DNA of 64,000 bases from a virus. The stretch covers positions 32,001 to 96,000 of IMG/VR virus record IMGVR_UViG_3300035158_000183. One strand, 5' to 3'. Position 1 is the stretch's first letter; the number at the start of each line of letters is the position of its first letter. Positions 10,301 to 19,127 of the stretch are shown piece after piece. The position numbers were made by a program, and so were the translations under genes. The notes below the pieces were generated by a model. That model did no database searches, was not told the origin of the DNA, and worked only from the letters and a program-made list of their open reading frames with translations.

Positions 10301-11883
10301 TGTACAGACCTCAGGGGAACGGATCATACGTATGGAGTATACAAGGATTCCCTGAAGCCTACCAACAGGCTTATTCTCAGGCCTACCAGCAGGCCACCAG
10401 ACCAGTACATATTGAGGATATACAACATGGGGCTGAAGAGCCGTGCTATGACCTAGAAATGGCAGACCAGAATCATCCATATTTTATCGCCGACGGAGTC
10501 GTAACACATAACTGCTTCCAGGAGCAGATCATGCGGATATGTACCGATGTCGCAGGGTACACGCTCCCAGAAGCCGATAACATGCGGAAGATTATAGGTA
10601 AGAAGCTGCCAGAGAAGATGAAGCTGGAGCGGGAGAAGTTCACTGACGGTTGCATTAACAACAGTATTGAGAGCAAGGTGGCGACACAACTGTTCGATGA
10701 CATTGAGGGATTTGCTAAGTACAGCTTCAACAAGTCTCACAGCGTGGCATACTCAGTGATCTCATATCAGACGGCGTGGCTGAGGCACCATTACCCACAC
10801 GAGTTTTACGTGGCCCTGCTGAACACATCGCTACATGACCAGGATGACATGGTTAAGTACATCCACGCATGTAAGGAAGACGAGATTCCAATCCAGCCGC
10901 CTGACGTCAACAGGTCGGATGCAGCGTTCACCCTAGACCAGGGTGCTATATTGTTTGGTTTGGCCGGGGTTAAGGGCCTAGGAGAGAGGGCCTGTCAGGA
11001 CCTGGTGGAGAGGCGCCCTAAGGATGGCTTCAAATCCTTAGAGGAGATGGTAGCACTCGGTGTGAACAAGGGTACTATCAGAGCACTAGTGATGGCCGGC
11101 GCCATTGGAGAGATCAGTGAGGTGCCAAGGAAACATTTGGTACATAGTTTTGAGGAGATACATAAACATTATCAGAAGCTTGTGAAGTGGCACGAACGTA
11201 ATGAAAGGATTGCAGCAAGGGAGCGTGAGATCAAGGAGGCCGTGGAGGCAGGGAACCAGCCACCCCGTCGTCTCCCCAAGAATATTGATAAGCCTGAGAT
11301 GCCGGAAATGGATGAGACCCTAGAGTTCACTAAGCAGGACAGGCTCAGCCTGGAGCGCCAGACCCTGGGGTTCTACCTGACTGGCCATCCCATGGATGAC
11401 TTTCCCGGATTGACCAGGATGTCACAATACAGCGTGCTGGACCTCAAAGAAGGCAAAACTGAGGACCAGGAATCTATTAACCTACCAGCTGTGGTGGGCA
11501 GCGTGACAGAGAGGAGAACCAGGAGCGGCCATAACATGGCAGTCCTCATGGTGGAGGACAAGAGTGGCCGAATGGAAGCCACGATATTCCCCAAGCAATG
11601 GAAGCGGCTGAAAGGACATATTGACGAGGATACAGTCAACATCATTAAGGGGAACATTAAACTGACACAGGCAGACAGTGCCGAAGCGCCCCCTATGGTC
11701 CGGATCGTGGTGAATCAGGTCGATAGGGTTGAGGGCGATGCTAGAGTAGATATGGGCCCTGTAGAGGTTGGGCTCCAGGATGGTACACGGGTGAAGTTTA
11801 TTCCGCCCGAGTGGCAGAACTACTCACTGTGGCAACAAGCCGTAGCACTCGCCAACAATATACAAAGGATGGGAAAAATATGA
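7309..11883 (+). CDS. dnaE: DNA polymerase III alpha subunit interrupted by an intein
   Basis: PHP motif HLHTHSDYSPLDG, GPGRGSGAGS, SLPDLDIDF, GLVKYDFL, YSFNKSHS, LGFYLTGHP, C-terminal OB fold. Confidence 0.97.
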   Translation: MSKFIHLHTHSDYSPLDGVQSVTQIAEKAAKLGMHAVALTDHGKCAGLLQFKKACEENKVKPIYGLEAFISPREHTLRAKVDEHKTSYHLTLLAKNTAGLRNLFRLSSIGWKEGFYYKPRVDVETLRKHSEGLAALSGCGSGRVAMMLMWGRAESALRHARELQSIWKDDFYIEVQNHGLDWQIPLKSMLFELAQTVDIPPVITQDSHYSDREDADLHRAICKMLAGDLEFVGSDLYFKSYDEMCKMFEPEEYPALDTTKEIADKCNCNWEYNRTIWPVFDLPEGKTADDELRDKTHAGFHNRFGEGTEEYRQRVEYELRTIEKMGFATYFLVVADFIDYAKSQGIPVGPGRGSGAGSLVCYCLRITEIDPIKYGLYFERFLNPNRVSLPDLDIDFCKQRRDEVIQYVRDKYGEDKVAQIGTFAAFKPRGSLRSFARVLGHPVSVGDKLAGMVPPDVAGKSLTWEEVIEAVPDLEATDYPVVVESAQKAEGLKSQAGVHAAGVVIADSELMSQVPLFLGKGNEVATQFDMHDVEDIGLVKYDFLALKNLTVIDMTVKLAKDIQGIDIDINNIDEHDEEVFKNVFQKGRLDGVFQFETSSGFRDLCVKVKPQSIDDLAVITALFRPGPLGTGLVNRYVEGRGGGEVEYLTPELEPMLATTYGVMCLPKGTQIETPHGIMPIEDIIPGQVIYASDGHRIWGAEVARSHSSIKRTLTFTLSDGRTITSSGDHAWLTADGDRQAIELVKRTGNRLSGPAERSGSVLFSRWPTDIGSGSVDLKSQAYILGLLIGDGELKPGTKVITCGTEEQAKWVAKQMATVFGGEPKWYQNTRAWYAYVKFNTAPNRSPLTEFLDSAFGKDQWISKSGTKRLPRDFLDYSYQTSIELVRGLWDADGHYGHRLIYYRSISIGLLEDIRDLLASLRISSVVRNNYLYVVDRHAFCHKITPKLPGKLFRCQPDWSYYPAVPTKVLRAALDERELKYEKPEHKKQLQRRLRGAGMYRPQGNGSYVWSIQGFPEAYQQAYSQAYQQATRPVHIEDIQHGAEEPCYDLEMADQNHPYFIADGVVTHNCFQEQIMRICTDVAGYTLPEADNMRKIIGKKLPEKMKLEREKFTDGCINNSIESKVATQLFDDIEGFAKYSFNKSHSVAYSVISYQTAWLRHHYPHEFYVALLNTSLHDQDDMVKYIHACKEDEIPIQPPDVNRSDAAFTLDQGAILFGLAGVKGLGERACQDLVERRPKDGFKSLEEMVALGVNKGTIRALVMAGAIGEISEVPRKHLVHSFEEIHKHYQKLVKWHERNERIAAREREIKEAVEAGNQPPRRLPKNIDKPEMPEMDETLEFTKQDRLSLERQTLGFYLTGHPMDDFPGLTRMSQYSVLDLKEGKTEDQESINLPAVVGSVTERRTRSGHNMAVLMVEDKSGRMEATIFPKQWKRLKGHIDEDTVNIIKGNIKLTQADSAEAPPMVRIVVNQVDRVEGDARVDMGPVEVGLQDGTRVKFIPPEWQNYSLWQQAVALANNIQRMGKI
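9298..10512 (+). mobile_element. DnaE intein (405 aa) with LAGLIDADG homing endonuclease
   Basis: Junctions TYGVM|CLPKGT and VVTHN|CFQEQ; LGLLIGDG and VRGLWDADG motifs. Confidence 0.95.
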
Positions 11884-12971
11884 GTCTACACTGGACAGAC
11901 GAAGAGAAGCAGATCGTACTAGAGATGGCCGGCGAAAAGTTGGCCCGGGAGATCGCAGAAGAGCTAGCTAAGCGTGGCTATCCAGAACGCAGCGCACCAG
12001 CTGTGCGTGGAGTCATCAGGCGATGCAAGAGGCAAAGTCCTGGAACTCGTACCGAGGAACGCCCTGAAGCGAAAACAGTACCTACAAAGTACCAGCAGGC
12101 CCTTGACGACATGGCCCGGCTCAGGGCTCACGCTCTGGAGAAGGTGACGGACTACACAGAGATCATTGGCAATCCGCAGGATGCCAACATTAAGATCCTG
12201 TCTATATCTGATGCACACATCCCGTTCTACCACGATGGGGTGATCCAGGAGGCTGTGAGTAAGCACTCGGATGCTGATGTGCTGGTACTAAACGGTGACA
12301 TAATGGAGTTGTACGCAGTCTCCAAGTGGCCCAAGAACAAGCAGGTTGTCCTCAAGCACGAGTACAAAATAGCCATGGCATGGCTGAAGAAGTTGGCCGA
12401 TATCTTCCCGAAGGTAGTCCTAACCAAGGGAAATCACGAACACAGGCTTCAGAGCTACTTCCAATCCAATATCGACCCTGTCGTGAGCTTTATGACAGAG
12501 CCGGACATTCTACAACGACTGGCCAATGGCTATGACTTCAATAAATACGATGAGTTAGAGAAGACGTATGACCTGCCTAATGTGTATTACCGGAAAGGTC
12601 TTACTAGCTGGTTCGCTCAGGTCGGCAAGGTCATCTTTGCTCACCCCACAGGTGGTAGTGGTATTCCTATGAGAACAGCTATCAATGCAGCCGGTTGGTT
12701 CGAGGCTAGAGACTACGACTTCGAGTGTGTGGTGATTGGGCACACCCACCAGATGGGCTCAATTATCTGGAATCACAAGCTTTTAATAGAGCAGGGCTGT
12801 GCTTGTGTGCCGCTGGAGTATGAGTCCACTAGTAGGATGGGGTACAGACCGCAATCTTACGGCTATGCTGTAATTTACGTAGATGAGGGAGGCCATGTGG
12901 ACTTCGGCAAGTCAGGTCCTGTATACTATGGGACTGGCTGCATCACCCCCAACGACGTACTAGACGTCTAG
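11880..12971 (+). CDS. Calcineurin-like metallophosphoesterase with N-terminal Myb/HTH-like domain
   Basis: ISDAH, NGDIME, GNHE, GHTH motifs; ATG at 11880 overlaps the dnaE TGA; N-terminus HWTDEEKQ. Confidence 0.85.
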   Translation: MSLHWTDEEKQIVLEMAGEKLAREIAEELAKRGYPERSAPAVRGVIRRCKRQSPGTRTEERPEAKTVPTKYQQALDDMARLRAHALEKVTDYTEIIGNPQDANIKILSISDAHIPFYHDGVIQEAVSKHSDADVLVLNGDIMELYAVSKWPKNKQVVLKHEYKIAMAWLKKLADIFPKVVLTKGNHEHRLQSYFQSNIDPVVSFMTEPDILQRLANGYDFNKYDELEKTYDLPNVYYRKGLTSWFAQVGKVIFAHPTGGSGIPMRTAINAAGWFEARDYDFECVVIGHTHQMGSIIWNHKLLIEQGCACVPLEYESTSRMGYRPQSYGYAVIYVDEGGHVDFGKSGPVYYGTGCITPNDVLDV

Positions 12972-12977
12972 GAGAAT

Positions 12978-13454
12978 ATGATGGACGACCAAGAACAGAA
13001 ACAACATGTCCAGGAAGTTATTAACAAAATGCTACAGGATGCCTCACCGGCAGGTAACATGGGCGGCGCGGAGGCTGCCATGGGAATGATCCAGCATCTT
13101 GAGCGAGGGCTGATGGAAATAGCCCATAGTAACCAGATGCTCGCCCAGGGTCTTGACTTTGCACGTCTCACGATACAAATGTTACAGAGAGTCCTAGTAG
13201 ATGCTGATATCGTAAGTAAGGAAGACTTAGAGCAACGCTATGAGAACGAGGTCAAGAGACCGATGGCAGAGGCACAGGAACAGATCAAGGAACAGATGAA
13301 GGCTGCGATAGCTGCCCAACAGCAAGCTGCCGCCAAGAGCACAGAGCCCACACAGGAACCAAACCCCGACCTTGCTGCACCAGCCGGAGACGATGGGTTC
13401 CAGCTGCCCAGCGAGAAGTTCGGAGGCCCCAAGGTCTTCGGCAAGAAGGAATAG
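12978..13454 (+). CDS. Hypothetical helical/coiled-coil protein
   Basis: AGGAG RBS; tightly packed ORF. Confidence 0.7.
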   Translation: MMDDQEQKQHVQEVINKMLQDASPAGNMGGAEAAMGMIQHLERGLMEIAHSNQMLAQGLDFARLTIQMLQRVLVDADIVSKEDLEQRYENEVKRPMAEAQEQIKEQMKAAIAAQQQAAAKSTEPTQEPNPDLAAPAGDDGFQLPSEKFGGPKVFGKKE

Positions 13455-13455
13455 C

Positions 13456-13737
13456 ATGAGCAAGAAACTCCTCGAGCCCCTATCAGCCCGCAGTAAGGTG
13501 ACAAGGGGCCCGGCTAAACTGGGAAGAGAGATCCTTAAGAAGCGTGGAACCGCACTGGTTATCTACAACAACAAGACGTGGTGCGTCGGGAGTTTATTAG
13601 AGGCTTTAGCCATAGAGGTGGCAGAGTTAAGAAAGAAACAGTGTAAGCCCTCGGTTAAGTGTTTGTTCGAGGGGCAGCAGTACTTGGACAACAAGTACCT
13701 AGGACAATCGGATGAGTCACCAACAGCATTTTATTAA
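13456..13737 (+). CDS. Hypothetical protein
   Basis: ATG at 13456 just after the upstream stop, with AAGGA RBS. Confidence 0.55.
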   Translation: MSKKLLEPLSARSKVTRGPAKLGREILKKRGTALVIYNNKTWCVGSLLEALAIEVAELRKKQCKPSVKCLFEGQQYLDNKYLGQSDESPTAFY

Positions 13738-14680
13738 TGGCAATCAGATATTCTCACTCCCAGCAGAAGACGACTACAACCTGATCAATATACCCAACTT
13801 GACCATAAGCCGGCCGGGATTATATCCATCCGAGGCATCGGTCGAGTTCATGGATAATGGCCAGAAGATAGTCGTTGGCAAGTGTATGCGGGCGGCGTGG
13901 TATCGGGCCATGGGTGTACAGCCCACCAGGCCGGTCAGCCCGGGACTGGCCATAAAGGGTCGCCTGGGCAAGTGGGCAGAGCAGGGAATGATAGATGAGT
14001 GGAAGAAGGCCGGGCTCTATGTCCAGAGCAATGTGAAGTTCTACAACAAAGCCCTAGCTCTCTCAGGAGAGCTTGATGCGGTCCTCAGGAACCCGCTCAC
14101 TGGCCACCTGATAGGCCTGGAGATGAAGACCTTCTATGGGTACCCAGCTAACAGGAGCATCTGTGGTGTCAAGAGGGAGAAGGGTACCGGCAGGTTTATA
14201 GCTGGACGGCCGAAGGATGACCACTTCTTGCAGGCCTGCGTATATGCCTGGGAATACCGAGGGATGTTGGACGAGTACAGGCTGTACTACCTGGAGAGAG
14301 GCGACGGCCACAGGATAGAATTTAAGATAGGCTTTGCCTTGAGATCTGATGGCACACATCAATGCTTCTGGGAGCAGTTGCCAGGCAACTACTGGAACGC
14401 CTATCAAGACGGACCAGTCCTACAACCTTATGCTATAGAGGGTATCCATGGCCGGTATAAGACTCTACTATCTTGTATAGCCAAGGCACAGATACCGCCG
14501 AAGGACTTCGAGAGTATCTGGGATGCAGACATGGTGGAATACAGATTTCAGCGTGGTGACATATCCAAGACCAACTACGATAAGTGGGGTAAGAACCCGA
14601 AGAAGAATCCCCTGGGGGATTGGCACTGTTCCTATTGCGACTACTCAGAGCAGTGCAAGCAGGATGAACTGACATCATAA
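13712..14680 (+). CDS. Cas4/RecB-like PD-(D/E)XK exonuclease with Fe-S cysteines
   Basis: N-terminal CMRAAWY, GELD..LEMKT, QACVYA, C-terminal CSYCDYSEQC. Confidence 0.8.
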   Translation: MSHQQHFINGNQIFSLPAEDDYNLINIPNLTISRPGLYPSEASVEFMDNGQKIVVGKCMRAAWYRAMGVQPTRPVSPGLAIKGRLGKWAEQGMIDEWKKAGLYVQSNVKFYNKALALSGELDAVLRNPLTGHLIGLEMKTFYGYPANRSICGVKREKGTGRFIAGRPKDDHFLQACVYAWEYRGMLDEYRLYYLERGDGHRIEFKIGFALRSDGTHQCFWEQLPGNYWNAYQDGPVLQPYAIEGIHGRYKTLLSCIAKAQIPPKDFESIWDADMVEYRFQRGDISKTNYDKWGKNPKKNPLGDWHCSYCDYSEQCKQDELTS

Positions 14681-14691
14681 CGGAGGACAGT

Positions 14692-15333
14692 ATGAGAGCA
14701 GCCGTCGATATGGATGGGACCATAGCCGACTTCACAACTGCGTCATTTAATAGAGTGGAAGAGTTGTATGGCATCAAGATGACCAGAGCAGATGCCTATA
14801 AACCGAAGACAGCTCAGCTTGTATGGGAGCGGATGACGGATGAGCAGAGGTCTAAGTATGGAGATCACAGGGAGCTATACGGAGAGATCTGTGACAGTGG
14901 ATTCTTCCTCAACCTAAAGCCATTTCCAGGTGCAGTGGAGGCGGTGAAGCAGCTATACAACACCGGAGTAGAAATAATTTTTCTGACGAAGGTCCTTAAC
15001 TGGGAACGCTCTGCCCCAGAGAAGGCCCTCTGGCTTAAGAAATACTTCGGTGATATCAAGTATCTCACACTCATGACCGACTCTGTCCATGGGAAACGGA
15101 TTGCGGACGTAGATGTGTTTATTGATGATGATCTGCGAGTGATGGAGACTATCAAGGATACTCCTAAGATACTTATCAAGCAGCCGTGGAACCAACGTGG
15201 CTGGGACACCCACTATCCGGTGGCGGAGGACTTCGTCCAAGCAGCAGAGCTTGCCCTACTCTTGAAGAACGAGAAAAGTCAATGGAACAAGTACTGGAGA
15301 GAACAAGATGAGACCCAGACTTCTAGATCTTGA
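14692..15333 (+). CDS. HAD-family 5'(3')-deoxyribonucleotidase
   Basis: VDMDGTIADF, GFFLNLKPFPGA, EKALWL, FIDD, QPWNQ. Confidence 0.88.
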   Translation: MRAAVDMDGTIADFTTASFNRVEELYGIKMTRADAYKPKTAQLVWERMTDEQRSKYGDHRELYGEICDSGFFLNLKPFPGAVEAVKQLYNTGVEIIFLTKVLNWERSAPEKALWLKKYFGDIKYLTLMTDSVHGKRIADVDVFIDDDLRVMETIKDTPKILIKQPWNQRGWDTHYPVAEDFVQAAELALLLKNEKSQWNKYWREQDETQTSRS

Positions 15334-17755
15334 GGCAATGACCACGGCCCTGAAGCCGTACCTGGAACAGTATCTACAAGAACATGGGATAGATACTACT
15401 AAGAATTTCAGCTGCCTCAACCCAGCCCATCCTGATAACAATCCCAGCATGACCTGCAAGCAGTATCCTGAGCAGGCGTTCTGTTTCGGGTGCCACCAGG
15501 CAGCAGACATCTTCGCAGCAGCCCACTTCCTGGAGAATAAGCCGCTGAAGGGCAAGGAGTTTATCGAAGAGAACGTCCTATACTTGGCAGGCAAATACGG
15601 TGTACAGATCCAGCTTGAGGACCTGACCCAGGAAGAGATCTATGAGTATCGGACCTATGCCGCCTACAAGCTGGCGGCTGAACTGGTGGCTGACCCAGAA
15701 TTCGGGGACTACAGCAACGTGGATAACGAGATCGCAGCCAGGAAGTGGGATAAGGACAAGCTGGCTGGCTGGGGTGTCGGCACGGTAGACTATAAAACCT
15801 TTAGGGACAGGCTAGAGAAAGCCGGATATACATACGACTTTCGGGGTGGGGTGGACCTGGAGCGGCCTAACCTGTTCAACTCTCACAACTTGTTGTTCAC
15901 TATCTATGATGACATGGGCCGGCCGGTGGGGTTCGCGGCTAAGAACCTGAGGCATGACCCGGACAATGAGAACTCAGGGCCCAAGTACATCAATACCAGC
16001 GGGACGGGCTTGGAGTGTGCCATCTTCAAGAAGGGCGAGAGGTTGTATGGTCTTGAGATTGCTAAGGAAGCGACCAGCCCACTCTATATATTTGAGGGTC
16101 AGGCTGATGTAATTACAGCCAGACACCATGGTCTGATGAACTGTTGCTGTACAATGGGCACCGCCCTGACGGATCATCACGTCAACCTACTGAAGAAGCA
16201 TGGGATATTCAATATAGTCCTGGTATTTGACGGCGATGAAGCCGGCAACCTGGCCGTCCAGAAAGCCCTGGATGAGAAGTTCGGTAACGAGAGAGACTTC
16301 AGGATCAAGCTGTGCCAGCTACCAGCAGACACCGATCCGGACGAGCTGCTCCGGACCAAGGGTATAGATGAGTTCGTCAGGCTTAAGAAGTGGACCGCCT
16401 TCGAGTGGCGTATGATGCGGTTCATGGAGGAGTCGGCTGGCGAGCTAGATGAGGATAAGAAGCAGGAAATAGCTGACAAAATGGCTCGGATTATTGTTTT
16501 TGAGCAGAGCTATATACACCAGGAGGAGATGTGCAAGCAGGTTGCCCGGATGACGGGGTACGAATTATCCACCATAATCTCAGAGGTTAAGCGGCTCAGG
16601 AGCGAGAAGGAGGCAGAGGTCCAAGCAAAGAAGAAGAATGCAATCGAGGCCCTGCTGTACGAGGTGAGACAGAACCCAGATGATGCGGAGATGGCCCTGG
16701 TCCAAGCGCAGCAAACACTAGAGGATATTAACAAATCCGTCCAGGGAGACGAACTTGGATCCTCAGTCCTCCGGTTTATACTCGCCCAGAAGGAAGCAGA
16801 TGAGGCTAAATCTGGTGACTTCGCTGGATTCTTCCTGAAGCCGTACGGCCTTGGTGGTGTAGGCGCCAGGCTGGATGACGACTGGAAGTCGGCCAACCTA
16901 TTCTACATCGGCGGCAGTGAGCAGGCTGGAAAGACAACATTCTGCTCCCAGCTTGCTTACGAGATAGCCGACGACCCCAGGAACAATGCTATCTGCATCT
17001 ATCTATCGGTGGACGACACAGCTAGATATATTATCTACAAGATGGTATGTAACGCCACGGCGGACACCAAACTGTTCCTGAACCACGTGTCCAGCCCCAG
17101 GTACTGGGCCAGCCAGGAGGGCTTCGAATATGTGCCCGAACTACGAGAACAGGGCTATCGTAAGATCATCCAGATGGTCAAAGATGAAAAGGTTATTATT
17201 AAGGACGGCAGTGACGGCCAGTCCACAATCTATGCAGAGACACTAGCCCGGTACTACAGAGAAAAGCACCCAGAGAAGAACATCGTACTATTCATAGACA
17301 ACTTCTATAAGCTGATAGATTACGCAGAAATAGCCGGCCACGAGAGGCCCAAAAGGATTAGTGCCAGACTAAAGAACATGTGCGTAGCGAACAATATCAC
17401 CATCATATCTACCGTGGAGTACAGGAAGCTGGTCAAGGGCGAGAAGCCCAGCAACATGGCTATAGCTGAAAGCCGGGCCCTAGCCTATGACAGCAACGTC
17501 ATAATCCACCTGCACAATGATGTACACTATGACGGAGAGGAGGCCATCCTGGTACACCAGGACGAGAACGGGAAGGTCCTGCCAAGGATCTGGTGTAAGT
17601 TCGGTAAGAATAAGGTCTCTGGGTACGAGGGCAGAGAGTTCGTGGACCTGTACCCAGCCGCTGGCACAATGAGGGCCGTGGACTTGGACGTGGCCCTACG
17701 GGAGCAGAAGGCTCGGATAGAGTTCCTGAAAGAAAACAAATCCAAAGGTTTTTAG
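15308..17755 (+). CDS. Primase-helicase fusion (CHC2 Zn finger, DnaG-type TOPRIM, DnaB-like SF4 helicase)
   Basis: CLNPAHPDNNPS..CFGC, PKYINT, FEGQADV, FDGDEAG, DPDE; Walker A GGSEQAGKTT, Walker B FIDN. Confidence 0.9.
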   Translation: MRPRLLDLEAMTTALKPYLEQYLQEHGIDTTKNFSCLNPAHPDNNPSMTCKQYPEQAFCFGCHQAADIFAAAHFLENKPLKGKEFIEENVLYLAGKYGVQIQLEDLTQEEIYEYRTYAAYKLAAELVADPEFGDYSNVDNEIAARKWDKDKLAGWGVGTVDYKTFRDRLEKAGYTYDFRGGVDLERPNLFNSHNLLFTIYDDMGRPVGFAAKNLRHDPDNENSGPKYINTSGTGLECAIFKKGERLYGLEIAKEATSPLYIFEGQADVITARHHGLMNCCCTMGTALTDHHVNLLKKHGIFNIVLVFDGDEAGNLAVQKALDEKFGNERDFRIKLCQLPADTDPDELLRTKGIDEFVRLKKWTAFEWRMMRFMEESAGELDEDKKQEIADKMARIIVFEQSYIHQEEMCKQVARMTGYELSTIISEVKRLRSEKEAEVQAKKKNAIEALLYEVRQNPDDAEMALVQAQQTLEDINKSVQGDELGSSVLRFILAQKEADEAKSGDFAGFFLKPYGLGGVGARLDDDWKSANLFYIGGSEQAGKTTFCSQLAYEIADDPRNNAICIYLSVDDTARYIIYKMVCNATADTKLFLNHVSSPRYWASQEGFEYVPELREQGYRKIIQMVKDEKVIIKDGSDGQSTIYAETLARYYREKHPEKNIVLFIDNFYKLIDYAEIAGHERPKRISARLKNMCVANNITIISTVEYRKLVKGEKPSNMAIAESRALAYDSNVIIHLHNDVHYDGEEAILVHQDENGKVLPRIWCKFGKNKVSGYEGREFVDLYPAAGTMRAVDLDVALREQKARIEFLKENKSKGF

Positions 17756-17799
17756 TTATCTGTATTTATATGCATGCTATGTCGGGTTTAGGAGGTATC

Positions 17800-17976
17800 A
17801 TGAGCAAAGCAATCGGGGCACTAGGCGCTGCCGAGGCTGCAGACCTAGTGCTAAAAACTGACGTCGTAAGCAGAGTCATAGACGACGCTACGAAGAGAAC
17901 TAAGGAAACAGCAGACTTCTTCGAGGAAATCGGAGAAGGTATCGAGGAGGACGAAGATGACTTACCTGTGCAGTAA
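17800..17976 (+). CDS. Small hypothetical protein
   Basis: AGGAGGT RBS before ATG 17800. Confidence 0.65.
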   Translation: MSKAIGALGAAEAADLVLKTDVVSRVIDDATKRTKETADFFEEIGEGIEEDEDDLPVQ

Positions 17977-18121
17977 TTGCGGACAGGAATTCAACCATTC
18001 TGGTGACGTAGACACGCGGGAATGCCCATTCTGCCAGTCAGATAAGAGCAACCACGTATCTCAGCCACTCAGCACACTCAGCGACTACGATAAGTTCAGG
18101 GTTCCACCACACGAGGGCTAA
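17957..18121 (+). CDS. Small Zn-ribbon protein (54 aa, absent from the ORF track)
   Basis: MTYLCSNCGQEF...ECPFCQS; GAGGAGG RBS; fills the gap, with a TAATG overlap to the next gene. Confidence 0.7.
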   Translation: MTYLCSNCGQEFNHSGDVDTRECPFCQSDKSNHVSQPLSTLSDYDKFRVPPHEG

Positions 18122-18846
18122 TGCGTCTGGAGCCGCCCGACATAGCATGCTTTATTTACTGCCCCATCCTCCTCAAGAAGCAACAGCAGGAGAGGATATT
18201 TCCTCCCCTGACCCTATCCGAGGAGTGCACCAGGCAGGCATTCATTGATGCAGAGCGTGGCGCAGCCCTGAAAGACAGTATAGTCAGCCCCAGGAAGCTC
18301 ACACAGGCCTGGGACCAACTATGGTGGCCATTGGCAGCCCAGGAGGGTCTGGGCATGGCCAGGGCCGATGACCTTGCTGTAGAGGCTGCTACGAGGTTCT
18401 CAGACTATTGTAAGTATGATATCTCCGGGTGGATGTATCCGACGCTTGGAGCCGAGGTGGAGAGCCAGATTCGTGTAGGTGAAAGTGTGATAGCCGCCAG
18501 AGCCGATGTGGTGAAGATAGACCTGAGCGAGAACCGCAGAAATACGGTCCTGGTCAACTTCAACCGCAAGGGCTTGACACTGAGCGGTGCAGCTCTTGAT
18601 GCGGCCATCCACACCATAGCCTATGCCTTCTACAGTGGCAGAAGCGAAGTGGTAACGCATGTTTGCGTAGACCTCAGTGATGGCCTGGAGAAGCTCTCCG
18701 TGGTAACTTCAACTTTTCGCCCAGAAGATATGGAACAGATCCGCAAGATGTTATATCATGTAGAGTGCGGCATTCGTTCTGGGGTTCACTATGCCAACCC
18801 CAACCTATGCAAGGAATGTGGAATATGCCCGAGTTTTACCTTATAA
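18121..18846 (+). CDS. Degenerate PD-(D/E)XK/Cas4-like protein, probably inactive
   Basis: N-terminal FIYCP, ARADVV..VLVNFN where IIDYK is expected, C-terminal CKECGICP. Confidence 0.5.
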   Translation: MRLEPPDIACFIYCPILLKKQQQERIFPPLTLSEECTRQAFIDAERGAALKDSIVSPRKLTQAWDQLWWPLAAQEGLGMARADDLAVEAATRFSDYCKYDISGWMYPTLGAEVESQIRVGESVIAARADVVKIDLSENRRNTVLVNFNRKGLTLSGAALDAAIHTIAYAFYSGRSEVVTHVCVDLSDGLEKLSVVTSTFRPEDMEQIRKMLYHVECGIRSGVHYANPNLCKECGICPSFTL

Positions 18847-19127
18847 ATGAGCGCCGGTTTCCACTGAACGTGACGATGCCCAGGGCCGACTTGCTCTCAT
18901 ACCACAGGTGGGAGCATAGGGTCACAATAGGCCACTCGGGGAGACGGTTCATGGTATGCCTGGACAACCTCCTACAGACCGTATACATCGAGGAGATAAC
19001 CAGCGGACAGGGCAAGAGAGTAGAGGATGACTCGCTATTCGAAGGACTCGCCACATGGGCAAGGGACGAAGGGTACCTGGATATAATGCTGCCCATGCTC
19101 AAGAATGCCGATGAGAGGTTTGTATGA
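18825..19127 (+). CDS. Hypothetical protein
   Basis: ATG at 18825; ATGA coupling to the next gene. Confidence 0.65.
   Translation: MPEFYLINERRFPLNVTMPRADLLSYHRWEHRVTIGHSGRRFMVCLDNLLQTVYIEEITSGQGKRVEDDSLFEGLATWARDEGYLDIMLPMLKNADERFV

Noticed and set aside
13712-14680. CRISPR-Cas locus implied by the Cas4-like gene
   Set aside because: No repeat-spacer array, cas1/cas2 or effector genes; solo Cas4-like nucleases are common in phages
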